Below, one piece after another: positions 20,941 through 34,169 of a stretch of DNA of 43,430 nt (within the stretch, counting starts at the first letter, position 1; the number at the start of each line of letters is the position of its first letter). Location: the NCBI GenBank assembly GCA_963743525.1, contig CAVUQH010000006.1, forward strand, positions 1 through 43,430, read 5' to 3'. The notes beneath the pieces are model-generated. The model made no database searches. It saw only the letters and a list, made by a program, of their open reading frames with translations, and was not told the DNA's origin. The DNA comes from an uncultured delta proteobacterium. GTDB taxonomy: Bacteria > Myxococcota_A > Polyangia > Haliangiales > Haliangiaceae. The position numbers were made by a program, and so were the translations under genes.

Positions 20941-22056
20941 GTGACCCGCCGGCGGCACTTCATCTCGGCTCTCGCGGTGCTCGCCGCGGTGGCGTCCTCG
21001 GCGGCGTGCACCTTCTACACCGACGACATCAACGGCCGGCCGATCGCCATCATCGCCAAGGACACCGCCGGGCCCCATCATCTCCACGATTCGATCCGCT
21101 TCAGCGCCTCGGCCTCCGACGACCCCGGCGGCGCGCGCAAGGCGCTGGTCGCCCAGTGGCGCGCCTACTATTGCGACGATCCCCAGGGCAGCTCGTGCCC
21201 CGACGAGCTCGATCAGAACGACGGCTCGATCTTCGAGGCGTTCACCGTTACCGTCGACGAGAAGCGGCCGATCAAGGTCACCCTCACTGTGCGCGACGAG
21301 CGCGGCGCCCTCGACGTCAACTCGCTGATGGTCGAGATCGCCAACCAGGATCCGACCCTGTCGCTGCAGCTGCAGGGCTACGAGCTCGGCGGCGCTCATC
21401 CGGTGGGCACCTGGATCGACGTCCTGGCCCAGGCCGACGATCCCGACGGCGACCCGGTGGCGCTCACGTGGGAGCTGTTCCCGCCCGACAACGCGGTCAA
21501 CGGCAACTACGGCTGGGGCCCGGTCTCCGACTACCAGCTGCCGGCCTATCGCCTCGAGCCCGACGTCGCCGGTCTGTGGAACGTTCGCGTCACCGCCGCC
21601 GACGGCGACGGCGGCACCCTCCAGCAGACGGTGCCGATCCTGGTCGCCGACGACGCGCCGCCGTGCATCGCCAGCATCGAGCCGGCGGTCGCCGGTGGCA
21701 CCTACGTCCTCGGCGCCACCGAGCCGCCGCGCCGCTTCGGTGTGCAGTCGGTGACCGACGACCTCGACCGCTACCCGCCGCCCGCCGACCCGGGCGACTT
21801 CCTCGGCGAGGCGACCTTCCGCTGGCTGGTCGCCAGCCCCGACACCGGCGGCGCCTTCGTCGAGGTCAGCGGGCTGCAAGCGGCCGACTACCTGGTCAAC
21901 CCGGCCGGCTTCGCCCCCGGCGACCGGCTGGCGATTCGCGTCGAGGTCGCCGACCGCATCGATCGCACCCTGCCGTGCGACGACACCGAGGACAGCTGTT
22001 CCATCGACAACGACGGCTGCCTGCAGCGCGTGACCTGGGGAGTGGAGATCCGATGA
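20941..22056 (+). CDS. Lipoprotein with PKD/Ig-like domains
   Basis: Lipobox SAAC; FSASASDDP; VTLTVRDERGA; ADDPDGDPVALTW; VRVTAADGDGG. Confidence 0.75.
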   Translation: MTRRRHFISALAVLAAVASSAACTFYTDDINGRPIAIIAKDTAGPHHLHDSIRFSASASDDPGGARKALVAQWRAYYCDDPQGSSCPDELDQNDGSIFEAFTVTVDEKRPIKVTLTVRDERGALDVNSLMVEIANQDPTLSLQLQGYELGGAHPVGTWIDVLAQADDPDGDPVALTWELFPPDNAVNGNYGWGPVSDYQLPAYRLEPDVAGLWNVRVTAADGDGGTLQQTVPILVADDAPPCIASIEPAVAGGTYVLGATEPPRRFGVQSVTDDLDRYPPPADPGDFLGEATFRWLVASPDTGGAFVEVSGLQAADYLVNPAGFAPGDRLAIRVEVADRIDRTLPCDDTEDSCSIDNDGCLQRVTWGVEIR

Positions 22057-23916
22057 GGCAGTGGGGACATCGCATCATCCGCGCCGCGGCGGTTGCGGCG
22101 CTGGTCGTGCCGGCGGCAGCCGGCCTGGTTTCGTCGGCGTGCGGCGCCGGCGGGTACAGCAACGAACCCGACGGCGGCAACGGCGGCGACGCCGGCGGCC
22201 CGCTGTGCGAGATGGTCGTCGAATACGCGCCGTCGTCGCCCGAGGTCGGCGCCACCATCGACCTCGACGGCTCGATCTACAAGCAGCAGGTGTCCGGCTT
22301 CGAGAGCTACACCTTCGCGGTCACTCGCTCGGGCACCACGATCGCCACCAGCGAGCGCAGCCCGTTCGACGGCAGCAAGGTGCAGTTCGTCGCCGACCAG
22401 CCGGGACCGTACCGCGTCGAGCTGCGCGGCGACGTCGACGGGCTGTCGTGCACCGACGGCGTCATCACCATCAACGTCACCGATGCAGCCACGCCGCGGC
22501 GCCGCTTCCGCTTCCACTTCGTGCCCGCGCTGGGGCAGCCGGCACCGCAGCAGGACCTGGTGTTCGAGGTCCCCGGCCTGGCGCCGTACGACCTGGGCAC
22601 CGTCGGCCTCGACACCGGCATCGCCGTCGGCGGCACCGTCACCGACGCCGGCGGCAACCCGCGCGCCACCTACTTGCGCTTCACTCGCCAGAGCGACGGC
22701 GCCGTCACCGAGGCGTTCGCCGACGCCACGGGCGCCTACGCCACGCGCCTGGCCGACGGCACCTACGATCTGCTCGCCGTGCCCGAGGACGCGTCGCTGG
22801 CACCGCGGCAGGTGAGCGCCGTGGCCAGCGCGTTCGGCGACCTGACCCTGACCGCCGGCGACACCGTCACCGGCACGGTCAAGGACGGCGGCGGCGCTGC
22901 GATCGCCGGCGCCCGGGTGGCGCTGCGCACGGGTGGCGTGCCGTCGGCGGTGGGCATGACCGACGGCACCGGCGCCTTCTCGCTGGCTGCGCACCTGGGC
23001 GGCAGCGCGGCGCTGACCGTCAGCCCTCCGGCGGCCAGCGGCTTGCCGCGCCTCGACGTCGACGTCTCCGCCGGCCTGACGCCCAGCGCCGGCGCCGCCC
23101 TGGCGATCGCGTATGCGGCCGGGCTGACCTCGCGAACCCTGGCGTTCGACGTCACCACCGCCGGCGGCGCCGCAGCGCCGGGCGCCAGCGTCACCTTCGT
23201 CCGCCGCGCCAGCGCCAACGCCGGCACCGTCACGCCGGCGGGCGGCAGCGCCATCGCCGCTACCGGCGGGCTGCGCGTCACCGCGGAGGCCGACGGCGCC
23301 GGTCACGTGAGCGGCCTGGTCGTGCCCGACGGCGTCTACGACGTCATCGCGCGCAGCGCCGGCGGCGCCGGCGTGACCCTCGAGGCGATCGATCTGTTCG
23401 ACCGGCCAGTCGTCGCCATCGACCATCGCGTTGGCGGCGGCCGGCACCGTGTCGGGCACCATCGCCGGCGGCGGCACTCCGGTCGCCGGCGTGCACGTCG
23501 TCGCCGCGCCGCGCGGCCTGCTCGCCAGCGAGCCCGGCGCCGCGGCCATGGCGGTCACCGACGCCGGCGGTGCGTTCGCGCTGCCGGTGGTCGGCGGCGG
23601 CACCTTCGATCTCACCGTCGACCCGCCCGGGGCCGAGCTGGCCCGCGCCCGCCTGGCCGCCGTCGTCGCGCCGGCCGCCGGCGGCAGCACCAGCCTGGGC
23701 CAGACCGATCTCGCCGCCGCCATCGCCGTCAGCGGCAAGGTGGCGATCCCGGGCGTCGCCGTCGCCAGCGGTGTGAGCGTGCTGGTCTTCTGCGACGGCT
23801 GCAGCGGACCGGAGGCGTCGTTGCCCATCGCCGAGGGAGTGACCGGGCCGCAGGCGACCTTCACCGTGGCGCTGCCGGATCCTGCCGATACGAGCGCCGC
23901 GAGTAACGCGCAATAA
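22053..23916 (+). CDS. Lipoprotein with repeated carboxypeptidase-regulatory-like (transthyretin-fold) domains; frameshift at ~23397
   Basis: ATGA overlap with the upstream gene; SSAC lipobox; repeats GTVTDAGGNP, GTVKDGGGAAIAGARV, TDGTGAF, TDAGGAF; continues in ORF 23431..23916. Confidence 0.75.
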
Positions 23917-23943
23917 GGGGGCAGGGGGGATACAGTCGCAGAG

Positions 23944-24906
23944 GTGCGGGGTGCCGCCACAATCGTCTTCTCCGGGCTCGTCGGGGCCGTGCTGATCGCA
24001 CAGGCCTGTCCGGCGCAGGCCGACGAGCGCGCTGACGTCGTCGGCGTGCTGCCGTTCACTGCCGACGACGGGCTGGCGATCTACTCGGTGCCCGCCGCCG
24101 ACGCCGTCGCCCGGCGTTTGCGCAAGGCGGGCGCCCGGGTGCAGTCGCTGACCTTGTCGGGCGAGGTGCCGGCGCAGGTTGGTCTGGTCATCGACGGCCG
24201 CATCGTCCGCGCGTCCGGGTCGCGGGTGACGCTGGAGGCCAGCGTGCGCGATCCGCGCCGCGCTCGCATCGCCGTCGATACCATCGCCACCGATCCGCGG
24301 CCGCTGGAGGAGATCGATCGACTCGCCGACTCTCTGGGCGACAAGCTGGCGCCGCGCATCGCCGCCGCCCAACGCGAGCTGCGCGAGCGCGCCGCCGCCG
24401 AGGCCAGGGCTCGCCGCGAAGGGGCAATCATCCGCCTGCCCGCTGACGCCGGTCACGACGAGCCGCGCCCGGCCACCCACGACGAACGCCCGGGCATGCT
24501 GGTGTTGCAGGCCGGCGGCCGAACCAAAGGGGCGAGCATCGCCACGCGCCACGGCTACTGGCTGGCCGCGCGGCTCGGCTACCGGCCCGTGGCCGGCGCC
24601 GGCGTCGGCATCCCGCCCATGCCCGAGGTCACCGCCGCCATGGCCCGTGCCAACGTGGCGCTGGCGCTGATGATCGACGTCCGCTCGGTCAACCTCGAGT
24701 GGCGCGGCGTGCTCACCGCGCGTGGTCGCGTGCGCATCGTTCTGGTCGACGCCCGCGGTCGCACGCTGTTCGATCGGGTCGCCCGCACCGGCACCCTGGT
24801 CGGCAGCCGCGGCGACGGGCCCGACGCGCTGATTCACTACATCGCCGAGCAGGCGGTGGAGATCGTCGTGCCGCACCTGCGCCGCCTGCTGGGGCTGGGC
24901 CCGTGA
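23944..24906 (+). CDS. Secreted hypothetical protein
   Basis: Signal peptide ending AQA; VGVLPF motif reminiscent of TolB-N/CsgG-like folds. Confidence 0.6.
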   Translation: MRGAATIVFSGLVGAVLIAQACPAQADERADVVGVLPFTADDGLAIYSVPAADAVARRLRKAGARVQSLTLSGEVPAQVGLVIDGRIVRASGSRVTLEASVRDPRRARIAVDTIATDPRPLEEIDRLADSLGDKLAPRIAAAQRELRERAAAEARARREGAIIRLPADAGHDEPRPATHDERPGMLVLQAGGRTKGASIATRHGYWLAARLGYRPVAGAGVGIPPMPEVTAAMARANVALALMIDVRSVNLEWRGVLTARGRVRIVLVDARGRTLFDRVARTGTLVGSRGDGPDALIHYIAEQAVEIVVPHLRRLLGLGP

Positions 24907-25709
24907 TTCGCGCGGCTGTCCTGGTGGCGGCGACGCTGCTCGTGCTGGCCATCCCGGCGCGCGCTCAGCCGGGCGCGACCACCGGCGTCAGCGATCGGCT
25001 GCGCGAGGCCCAGGAAGCGCTGCAGCGCGGCGACTACGCCGCCGCCGAAGGTCTGGCGCGTCCGATCGTCAACGACATCGATCGGGTCAACGCCATCGAT
25101 CGGGCCGAGACTTACCGCGTCTACGGCCTGGCGCTGTTCTTCCTCCAGCGGCTGCCCGACGCCGAGGCGGCGCTGCTGGCCTATCTCCGCCTGGACCCCG
25201 ACGCGCACCTCGATCCCGGCCGCTATCCGCCCGAGGCGATCGTCTTCTTCGAGGATATCCGCGCCCGCCACCGCGCCGAGCTCCTCGGCCTGCGCCCGCG
25301 CCCGCGCACCGTGCGCGAGTGGTCGAAGAACCTGTTCCCGCCGTGGGGGCAGTTCGCCAACGGCGACGACACCAAGGGCTGGGTGGTCGGCAGCGCCGAG
25401 CTGCTGCTCCTGGCCACCCACCTGACCACCTTCTTCGTCCTCGACCACTGGTGCGACCGCAACGGCACCGGCGTTTGCACGACGCCCGGCGGGGCCGACC
25501 GCCGCGACGCCGCCAGCGTTCTGCGCGCGGTCAATCTGGTGTCGGGTGGTGCGTTGATCGCGATCTACGCCTACGGCGTGATCGACGGCTTCGCGCGCCA
25601 CCGCCATCTCGCACATCGCGAGACATCCCCCGAGATGTCGGCAGGCATGTCGGTGGGGGTAAGCACGACACCCGGCGGCGGAATCGCAACCGTCGGCTGG
25701 CGTTTCTAG
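24903..25709 (+). CDS. Secreted TPR protein with a C-terminal membrane region
   Basis: GTGA overlap; signal peptide; ALQRGDYAAAE and AYLRLDPD TPR motifs; PPWGQF; ends GWRF. Confidence 0.7.
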   Translation: MIRAAVLVAATLLVLAIPARAQPGATTGVSDRLREAQEALQRGDYAAAEGLARPIVNDIDRVNAIDRAETYRVYGLALFFLQRLPDAEAALLAYLRLDPDAHLDPGRYPPEAIVFFEDIRARHRAELLGLRPRPRTVREWSKNLFPPWGQFANGDDTKGWVVGSAELLLLATHLTTFFVLDHWCDRNGTGVCTTPGGADRRDAASVLRAVNLVSGGALIAIYAYGVIDGFARHRHLAHRETSPEMSAGMSVGVSTTPGGGIATVGWRF

Positions 25710-25848
25710 CCCTGTCGGGGGCATCCCCCTGTGGTCGCGGACCCTCGGATCGGTTCGACCACTCGGCTGTTGTGGTGCGCACACCCTGGATTCCAGCCCA
25801 CGAAACTAGTTGTGGCAGTTTGGCGAACGCGGTTATTGTCGAACCGAG

Positions 25849-28465
<2,617 letters not shown>

Positions 28466-29629
28466 TCAGGCGGCTTCTTCGCCGTCGTCGTCGTCGTCGC
28501 CGCCGTCATCGCCGGGGTCGGCGGCGGGCGCCGGAAGCTGCATCGCGTCGGCCGAGCCGTCGAGCAGGCGCTGGCGGACGCGCTCGTGCTGGCGGCGCTT
28601 GTAGGCGTCGTGGCTGGCTTCGCCCAGCTCGTTGTTGACCACGGTCGTCTTGTCCGCCAGCTGGAACTCGGTCATGACGAAGACCACGTGGCCGCAGTCG
28701 GGCGGCAGCTGTTGCAGCTGGTCGGGCGGCACCACCGAGCGGATGCGCACCGGCAGGTCGGCGACGAAGTTGATGATCTTGTAGTCGGCGCCGGAGAACT
28801 CGTTCTGCGGTGGCAAGAGGTCGGTGTCGTCGGAGACGTCGACCGGCTCTTCCTGCAGCGACGCCGCCAGCCGCGTCAGGCTGGGCGCTGCGCGCAGGGT
28901 GTCCTCGAACGGCACCAACAGGTTCACCGTGGCGCCGGGGATGATGTAGTTGAACGGGATCAGCTGCCGGGTCAGCACGGCCAGCATCGGCACCAGATCT
29001 TCGGGGCGCGGCACCACCAGGCGGAAGCGCAGCTTGTCGTAGATCTTGGCCGCCAGCGTCGACCGCTTGGCCAACAGCTTGGTGATCAGCGAGTCGCGCT
29101 GCTTGCGGCTCCACTCGAACTCTTCGATCGGGTGGCCGGACGAGCGCAGCTCTTCGACCACCTGCAGCACCTTGAGCTCGACCGCGTGGAAGACCTTGTC
29201 GTCGGAGATCGGCAGCCGCACCAGCAGCTCGCGACCGGCCAGGTGATGAATGATGTGCATCACCTTGAGGACCACGCACGCCCACCGGCGGTGGGGTCCC
29301 ACGCGCGAGGCCATCAGCAAGAGGTCGCGAGTGGGCGCTTCCTCGACCACTTCGCCCGGCAGCGGGAAGTTGAACGTCCGCGTCAGGTAGCCGACCGCGT
29401 CCACGCGCAGCTCTTCCAGCCGCGTCATGTCGTCGACTGACTCGGGGTCGAACTCGTTGACCCGCAGGAAGCGATCGACCTCGTCGTGGTCGCGGAAGTC
29501 GAGGCGGTGCCAGTCGATGACCGAACGTCCGCCCAGGAGCAGGCGCAGCGACTCGACATCCTCCAGGGAGAGATCGTCGAGTGCGATCGGTCGTCCGACC
29601 GTCGGACGTGCTGTCTCCTGCCTAGCCAC
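28466..29629 (-). CDS. TIGR04552-like protein with RelA/SpoT-synthetase-like motifs
   Basis: GRSVIDWHRL; KQRDSLITKLLAK; IYDKLRFR; NEFSGADYKIINFV; TEFQL; SHDAYK. Family name is from recall. Confidence 0.65.
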   Translation of the reverse strand: MARQETARPTVGRPIALDDLSLEDVESLRLLLGGRSVIDWHRLDFRDHDEVDRFLRVNEFDPESVDDMTRLEELRVDAVGYLTRTFNFPLPGEVVEEAPTRDLLLMASRVGPHRRWACVVLKVMHIIHHLAGRELLVRLPISDDKVFHAVELKVLQVVEELRSSGHPIEEFEWSRKQRDSLITKLLAKRSTLAAKIYDKLRFRLVVPRPEDLVPMLAVLTRQLIPFNYIIPGATVNLLVPFEDTLRAAPSLTRLAASLQEEPVDVSDDTDLLPPQNEFSGADYKIINFVADLPVRIRSVVPPDQLQQLPPDCGHVVFVMTEFQLADKTTVVNNELGEASHDAYKRRQHERVRQRLLDGSADAMQLPAPAADPGDDGGDDDDDGEEAA

Positions 29630-29987
29630 CTCGTCGACCTATCCCCCCGGCCGCCGAGGCGGTGTATCCGGGTGCCGACAATTGTATCCGGATTGTCCGC
29701 CGAGAGAAGTCACGGCGACCACGAATCCGGCTGGCCGCGGCTAACGGCGGCCAAGTGCTGGCTTATTTGCTCAAACGGATGGTGGCCGTGAACAGGCTAA
29801 CGGCGACCAGACCGACGAGAACGTTTCCGATGACTGCGACCAACTGGTTACCCCCGATTTGGGATCGTATCGGGCCGCGATCGACGCGGTCCAGTTCCTG
29901 GCGGGAGATTTCTACGCCGCCTGCGCTCTTTCGGTCAACGCGCGAGGGCACCAAACCATTCTCGTGAGTGCCGGTCAGGTCGCCAGA

Positions 29988-31457
29988 TCACCGCGTTGGG
30001 AAGGTGCCATTGCCGGCAACACCCAATCGTCCGATCTCGGTGGCCCCGCGCGGCTCGCTGGTCTGTGCGTCGAGGTAGTAGAGGAGGTAGCCGTCGCGCG
30101 GCGTCCCGTCCGGGTCGGTCACCTGCACCGCGGCCGGCGACAGCTCGCTGCGGTGGTCGAGGAACACCTCGACCCGGTCGAGGACCGGATTGAAGTCCCA
30201 CGGCACCAGCTGGTCCGGTTGCTCCGGATCCGGAGCGCCAGCGTAGCCGATGGAGTAGTTGGGATCGATCGGGATGGTCTCGCCGAACTGCTGAGAGTCG
30301 CCGCTCTCGCGGCCAAACGCGCTGAACCAGAGGCGCAGAGACGGCCCCGCGGCCCCGGCCGTGACCAGGGCGTGGGGGCTGCGCAGGGCCTGGATCTCCA
30401 GCCAGAACTGCGCCGCCGGGTCGTCGGCATTGGCCGGCGGGTCGCGGACGTCGTCCAGCGTGAGCACCGTGCTGCCGGCGCCCAGCGGCTGGCCCAGGGT
30501 GCCGGTGGCCAGGTCGATCGAGGCGCCGTCGCCGGCCTCGTAGTAGAGGGCCAGCTGGCCGCTGGGCAGCAGCACCGCCGACGGCGCGTGGACGCCGGCG
30601 GCCAACGCGCCACCGGTGAGCACCGAGGACGGCGCGCCGAACGAGATGCCGTCGGCCGAGCTGGCGTACTTGATCGCCTCGCCGTCGCCGAGCTCGTAGT
30701 ACAGGCCGAAGCCGTCCGGCGTGCGCAGCACCGACGGCGCGCCCGCTACCAGGCCGTCCTCGAGCACTGGCTGGGCCGGGTCGATCTGGTAGTGGACGCC
30801 GTCGCGCGAGGTCGCGCGCCAGATGGCCCGCCGATCCATCTGGGTCTCGTTCGACAGCTCCAGCCACATGGTGAAGCGCGGCTCGCTGCTGGTCTCGCGC
30901 GCCAGCACGCTGGGCTCGCGCGCCAGCCGCGGCACCCGCTGGATGCGGCACGACTCGCCGTTGAGGCAGTCGCCGTCGGCCGAGCAGGCGACCGTGATGC
31001 AGCGGTTGACCGAGTTGCACACCTCGCCGGTCTGGCAGTCGGTGTCGGTCTCGCACTGGCCGCGGCAGGTGCCGGCGTAGCAGATGTCCGACAGCGGGCA
31101 GTCGTCGTCGCGGGCGCAGGTGCGGTCGCAGCGCTTCTCGGCGAAGCTGCACACCCGGCCGGCGCCGCAGTCGGAGTTGGTGGTGCAGTACTGCACCGTG
31201 CAGCGGCCGCAGACGCAGCTCTCGCGCGAGCGGCAGTCGTCGTCGGCGAGGCACGGCTCCTCGGTGGTGTTGCGGTCGGCGCACAACCCGCCCGGGTCGG
31301 TCGTCGGCGGGCCGACGAACTCGTTGCCGAAGCAGATCTGCACCGGGCCGAGGTCCTGCCATGGCGCGATGCCGTCGCCCACGCGGGTACCGGTGAAGCT
31401 GTCCTGCGGGGTGAAGCCGCAGCCGGCCAGCAGGGCGATGATCAGCGCGCGCCGCAT
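29988..31457 (-). CDS. Lipoprotein with Cys-rich repeats and a five-bladed beta-propeller (GH43/GH32 clan-like fold)
   Basis: Lipobox LAGC; five CxxDxDC-type repeats; blades REPSVL, GAPSVL, HAPSAV, RSPHAL, LSPAAV. Confidence 0.65.
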   Translation of the reverse strand: MRRALIIALLAGCGFTPQDSFTGTRVGDGIAPWQDLGPVQICFGNEFVGPPTTDPGGLCADRNTTEEPCLADDDCRSRESCVCGRCTVQYCTTNSDCGAGRVCSFAEKRCDRTCARDDDCPLSDICYAGTCRGQCETDTDCQTGEVCNSVNRCITVACSADGDCLNGESCRIQRVPRLAREPSVLARETSSEPRFTMWLELSNETQMDRRAIWRATSRDGVHYQIDPAQPVLEDGLVAGAPSVLRTPDGFGLYYELGDGEAIKYASSADGISFGAPSSVLTGGALAAGVHAPSAVLLPSGQLALYYEAGDGASIDLATGTLGQPLGAGSTVLTLDDVRDPPANADDPAAQFWLEIQALRSPHALVTAGAAGPSLRLWFSAFGRESGDSQQFGETIPIDPNYSIGYAGAPDPEQPDQLVPWDFNPVLDRVEVFLDHRSELSPAAVQVTDPDGTPRDGYLLYYLDAQTSEPRGATEIGRLGVAGNGTFPTR

Positions 31458-32755
31458 CAGAAGCTCACCGTCAGCGAGGTGGACACGTGGACGATGTTAC
31501 CGCTCGACGAGAACGCCTCTCCGGGAAAGTCGCGGGCGTCCTTGACCGTGAGCTGATCGGCCAGGTGGTGCCACTGCACCGCGGCGTCGATCTCGACCGG
31601 TCGGGTGAGGATGGGCGCGAAGTCGGCCAGGATCAGGCCGGCGCCCAGCGCCAGCACGTGGCGGTCGTTGTCGGCCAGGCTGGTCAGCCCGGTCTGCGGC
31701 GGCACTGGCGTCGGCAGGTAGGCGTAGCCGGCGCGCAGCGCCAGGTCGCTGCGATGCCCGGGACCGCCGAAGTGGCTGCGGTACTCGACGCCGGCGCGGC
31801 CGGTGACGATGTCGGTGAAGCCGGCCGGCGGGGTGTCGGTCTGCACCAGCGGCGGCGTCACGTCGAGGGCGACCAGCGCGCGGATGTCGGCGACCGCGGT
31901 CGACAGCGCCGACCACTGCGACCAGGTGACCTGGCCCGACAGCGAAAGATCCGGGGTGACGTCGACCTCGGCGCCGCCGACGACGCGCCTGGGCGTGAAG
32001 TAGCTCATCGCCCGGGCGGTGACCAGCGCGTCGCCGGTGACGACGCCGGCGACGTCGACGTTGGCCAGGATGTCGAGCGCGATGTCGAGGCTGAGCTGGC
32101 CGCGGTAGCCGAGGCCGAGGCGCACGCGATCGGTCGGCGTGATCAAGATACCGGCGACCGGCGCGGTGCGCAGGGGCAGGGTGGCGTCCAGCGCCGACTC
32201 GCCGACCTTCTCGCCGGAGACCACGCCGACGTTGAAGTCGATGCCGCTGCCGCGGGCGTCGGCCAGCAGCGAGGCGCCGGCGCCGACGGCCAGATAGCGG
32301 CCGATGCGGACGCTGAACACCGGGTCGACGACGATGCGGTGCGGGTCGTTGTCGAGGCGGAAGAAGTGCGGCTCGGTCGGCGGCACCAGCTGGATGCGGG
32401 CGAGGAACTGATCGGGCAGATACAGCGCCAGGCCGAAGCCGGCGCGCACGCCGTGGCCGAGGTCGAGCGGCAGCGCCAGGCCCAGCGTGGTGCCGTGGGC
32501 ATCGAGCACTCCGGCATCGCGGCCGTCGATGCGCAGCGCCATGGCGCCGTAGCCGTAGCCGACCAGGACCGCGGGGTAGGGCGCGTCGGCGACCCCGGCC
32601 GGGTTGACGTGAGCGGCGTCGACGCCGCGCGCGGTCGCGGCTGCGGCGCCGGCGGTGCCCTCGTTGCGTCCGCCGGAGCCGAACTCGTCGAGCGGGTCGG
32701 CGGAGGCGGGGCCCGCGAGTGCGGCAACCAGCGCCGTGGCGATCAGCGCGCGCAC
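31457..32755 (-). CDS. FadL/TodX (OMPP1) family outer-membrane transporter, copy 2
   Basis: GTG start overlapping the upstream TAG; signal peptide; HVNPAG hatch motif; LRAGYAY..TPVP; C-terminal F. Confidence 0.75.
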   Translation of the reverse strand: MRALIATALVAALAGPASADPLDEFGSGGRNEGTAGAAAATARGVDAAHVNPAGVADAPYPAVLVGYGYGAMALRIDGRDAGVLDAHGTTLGLALPLDLGHGVRAGFGLALYLPDQFLARIQLVPPTEPHFFRLDNDPHRIVVDPVFSVRIGRYLAVGAGASLLADARGSGIDFNVGVVSGEKVGESALDATLPLRTAPVAGILITPTDRVRLGLGYRGQLSLDIALDILANVDVAGVVTGDALVTARAMSYFTPRRVVGGAEVDVTPDLSLSGQVTWSQWSALSTAVADIRALVALDVTPPLVQTDTPPAGFTDIVTGRAGVEYRSHFGGPGHRSDLALRAGYAYLPTPVPPQTGLTSLADNDRHVLALGAGLILADFAPILTRPVEIDAAVQWHHLADQLTVKDARDFPGEAFSSSGNIVHVSTSLTVSF

Positions 32756-34116
32756 TAGAAGCCGACCTCCATGGTCAGCCCGGCCGAGTAGACCTCGCCG
32801 CCCGAGCGCAGGTTGGGATAACCGGGGTTGGAGATCTGCGCGCCCAGCGTCAACGGATCGTTGGGGTCGTCGGTGACCTCGTCGCGCAGCGAGGTGTAGG
32901 GATCGTAGTCGCCGGTGCCGTCGTAGATGCTCTTGTGCAGCGTGCGATGGGCGACCAGCTGCGCCGAGCCGTGGATGTCGAAGCGAACGTCGTGGCCGCC
33001 GATCAGGTGCGGCACCCGCAGGCCCAGGCCGAGTGCGACCGTGTTCTTGTAGCCGTCGAGCAGGTTGGTCACGCCGCGCTGCACCGCCGGCACCGCCGAC
33101 GACTCGAACGCGTAGCCGGCGCGGAGGATGATGTCGCCGCTCGGCCCCACCGCCACCTGGCCGCCGACGCGGGCGCCGAGGGTGTCCTTGTACGGCACGT
33201 CGGGAAGCTCGCCGGCGAGCGGGCCGACCAGCGGCAGCTCGCTCTTCACCTGCACGTACGGACCCGGATACGCCGACCAGTTGGCCCACACCAGATCGAG
33301 GCCGATCGAGGCGCGGTCGGTGGAGTAGGCGCCGCCGGCCACCACCTGCGTCGGCGTGTAGACGCCGTCGGCGGCGATGTCGAGGTTGATCGGCTCGCCC
33401 GCGACCATCGTCTCGGCGACGGTGGCGAACGGAATCGAGAACGACTGGCGAAACGTCAGCGCCAGGTCGACGCCGTGGATGCCGGGCGGGCGCCAGCGGA
33501 CGCCGGCGTTGAGGCGGGCGATCGACGGAATTTCTTCGTCGACCCGGGCCTCGAGCGCGCGGGTCGCGCCTTCGCTGGCGGTGACGCGGCCCTGTAGCGT
33601 GGCCAGGAAGTTGACCGCGACTCCCACCGACAGATCGTCGGTGATGCGCGCGGCGACCGTGGGCAAGACGACGATCCGCTGGGTGCGGTTGTCGTAGTAG
33701 GGATAGAACGGCTCGTCGGGCAGGCGCGCCTTGATCTGCACCACCGTGCCGGGCAGGAGGTACAGGCCGAGGCCGACGAAGAGGCGATTCTTCAGCGGGC
33801 CACCCAGCGGCGCCGGCGCGCGCAGGCCGATGATCATGCCCAGCGGCTCGGACAGCGGCTCGTGCCGATCTTCGATGGTCAGGTGCGAGTAGGAGCCCAG
33901 CGCGCCGATCGTCACCTGCTTGCCCGGGCCACCGAAGGCGAGGCCGGCCGGGTTGTAGTAGCCGGACGCGAAGTCGTCTACCGTGGCCGACACCGCGCCC
34001 GCGCGACCGGCGTTGGCCGAGCCGAAGCCGAAGACCTCGGCGGGGCTCGCGCTCGCACTACCCGACAGCGCGCACATCGTGAGCGCTGTCACCAGCCCGA
34101 TACCGGTCCTCCCCAC
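32755..34116 (-). CDS. FadL/TodX (OMPP1) family outer-membrane transporter, copy 1
   Basis: Signal peptide; AGRAGA; YYNPAGL; LRAGYAFESSAVP; C-terminal F. Confidence 0.8.
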   Translation of the reverse strand: MGRTGIGLVTALTMCALSGSASASPAEVFGFGSANAGRAGAVSATVDDFASGYYNPAGLAFGGPGKQVTIGALGSYSHLTIEDRHEPLSEPLGMIIGLRAPAPLGGPLKNRLFVGLGLYLLPGTVVQIKARLPDEPFYPYYDNRTQRIVVLPTVAARITDDLSVGVAVNFLATLQGRVTASEGATRALEARVDEEIPSIARLNAGVRWRPPGIHGVDLALTFRQSFSIPFATVAETMVAGEPINLDIAADGVYTPTQVVAGGAYSTDRASIGLDLVWANWSAYPGPYVQVKSELPLVGPLAGELPDVPYKDTLGARVGGQVAVGPSGDIILRAGYAFESSAVPAVQRGVTNLLDGYKNTVALGLGLRVPHLIGGHDVRFDIHGSAQLVAHRTLHKSIYDGTGDYDPYTSLRDEVTDDPNDPLTLGAQISNPGYPNLRSGGEVYSAGLTMEVGF

Positions 34117-34169
34117 GGCGCCATCCTTATATCACTTCGCGCGGTCGCCGATGCTATCCTCGATCGGGC

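Noticed and set aside
25717..25771. Hairpins (GGGG..CCCC; GTGGTCG..CGACCAC) before the kinase as a riboswitch or terminator
   Set aside because: Short GC-rich stems with no U-tract and no recognisable riboswitch consensus.
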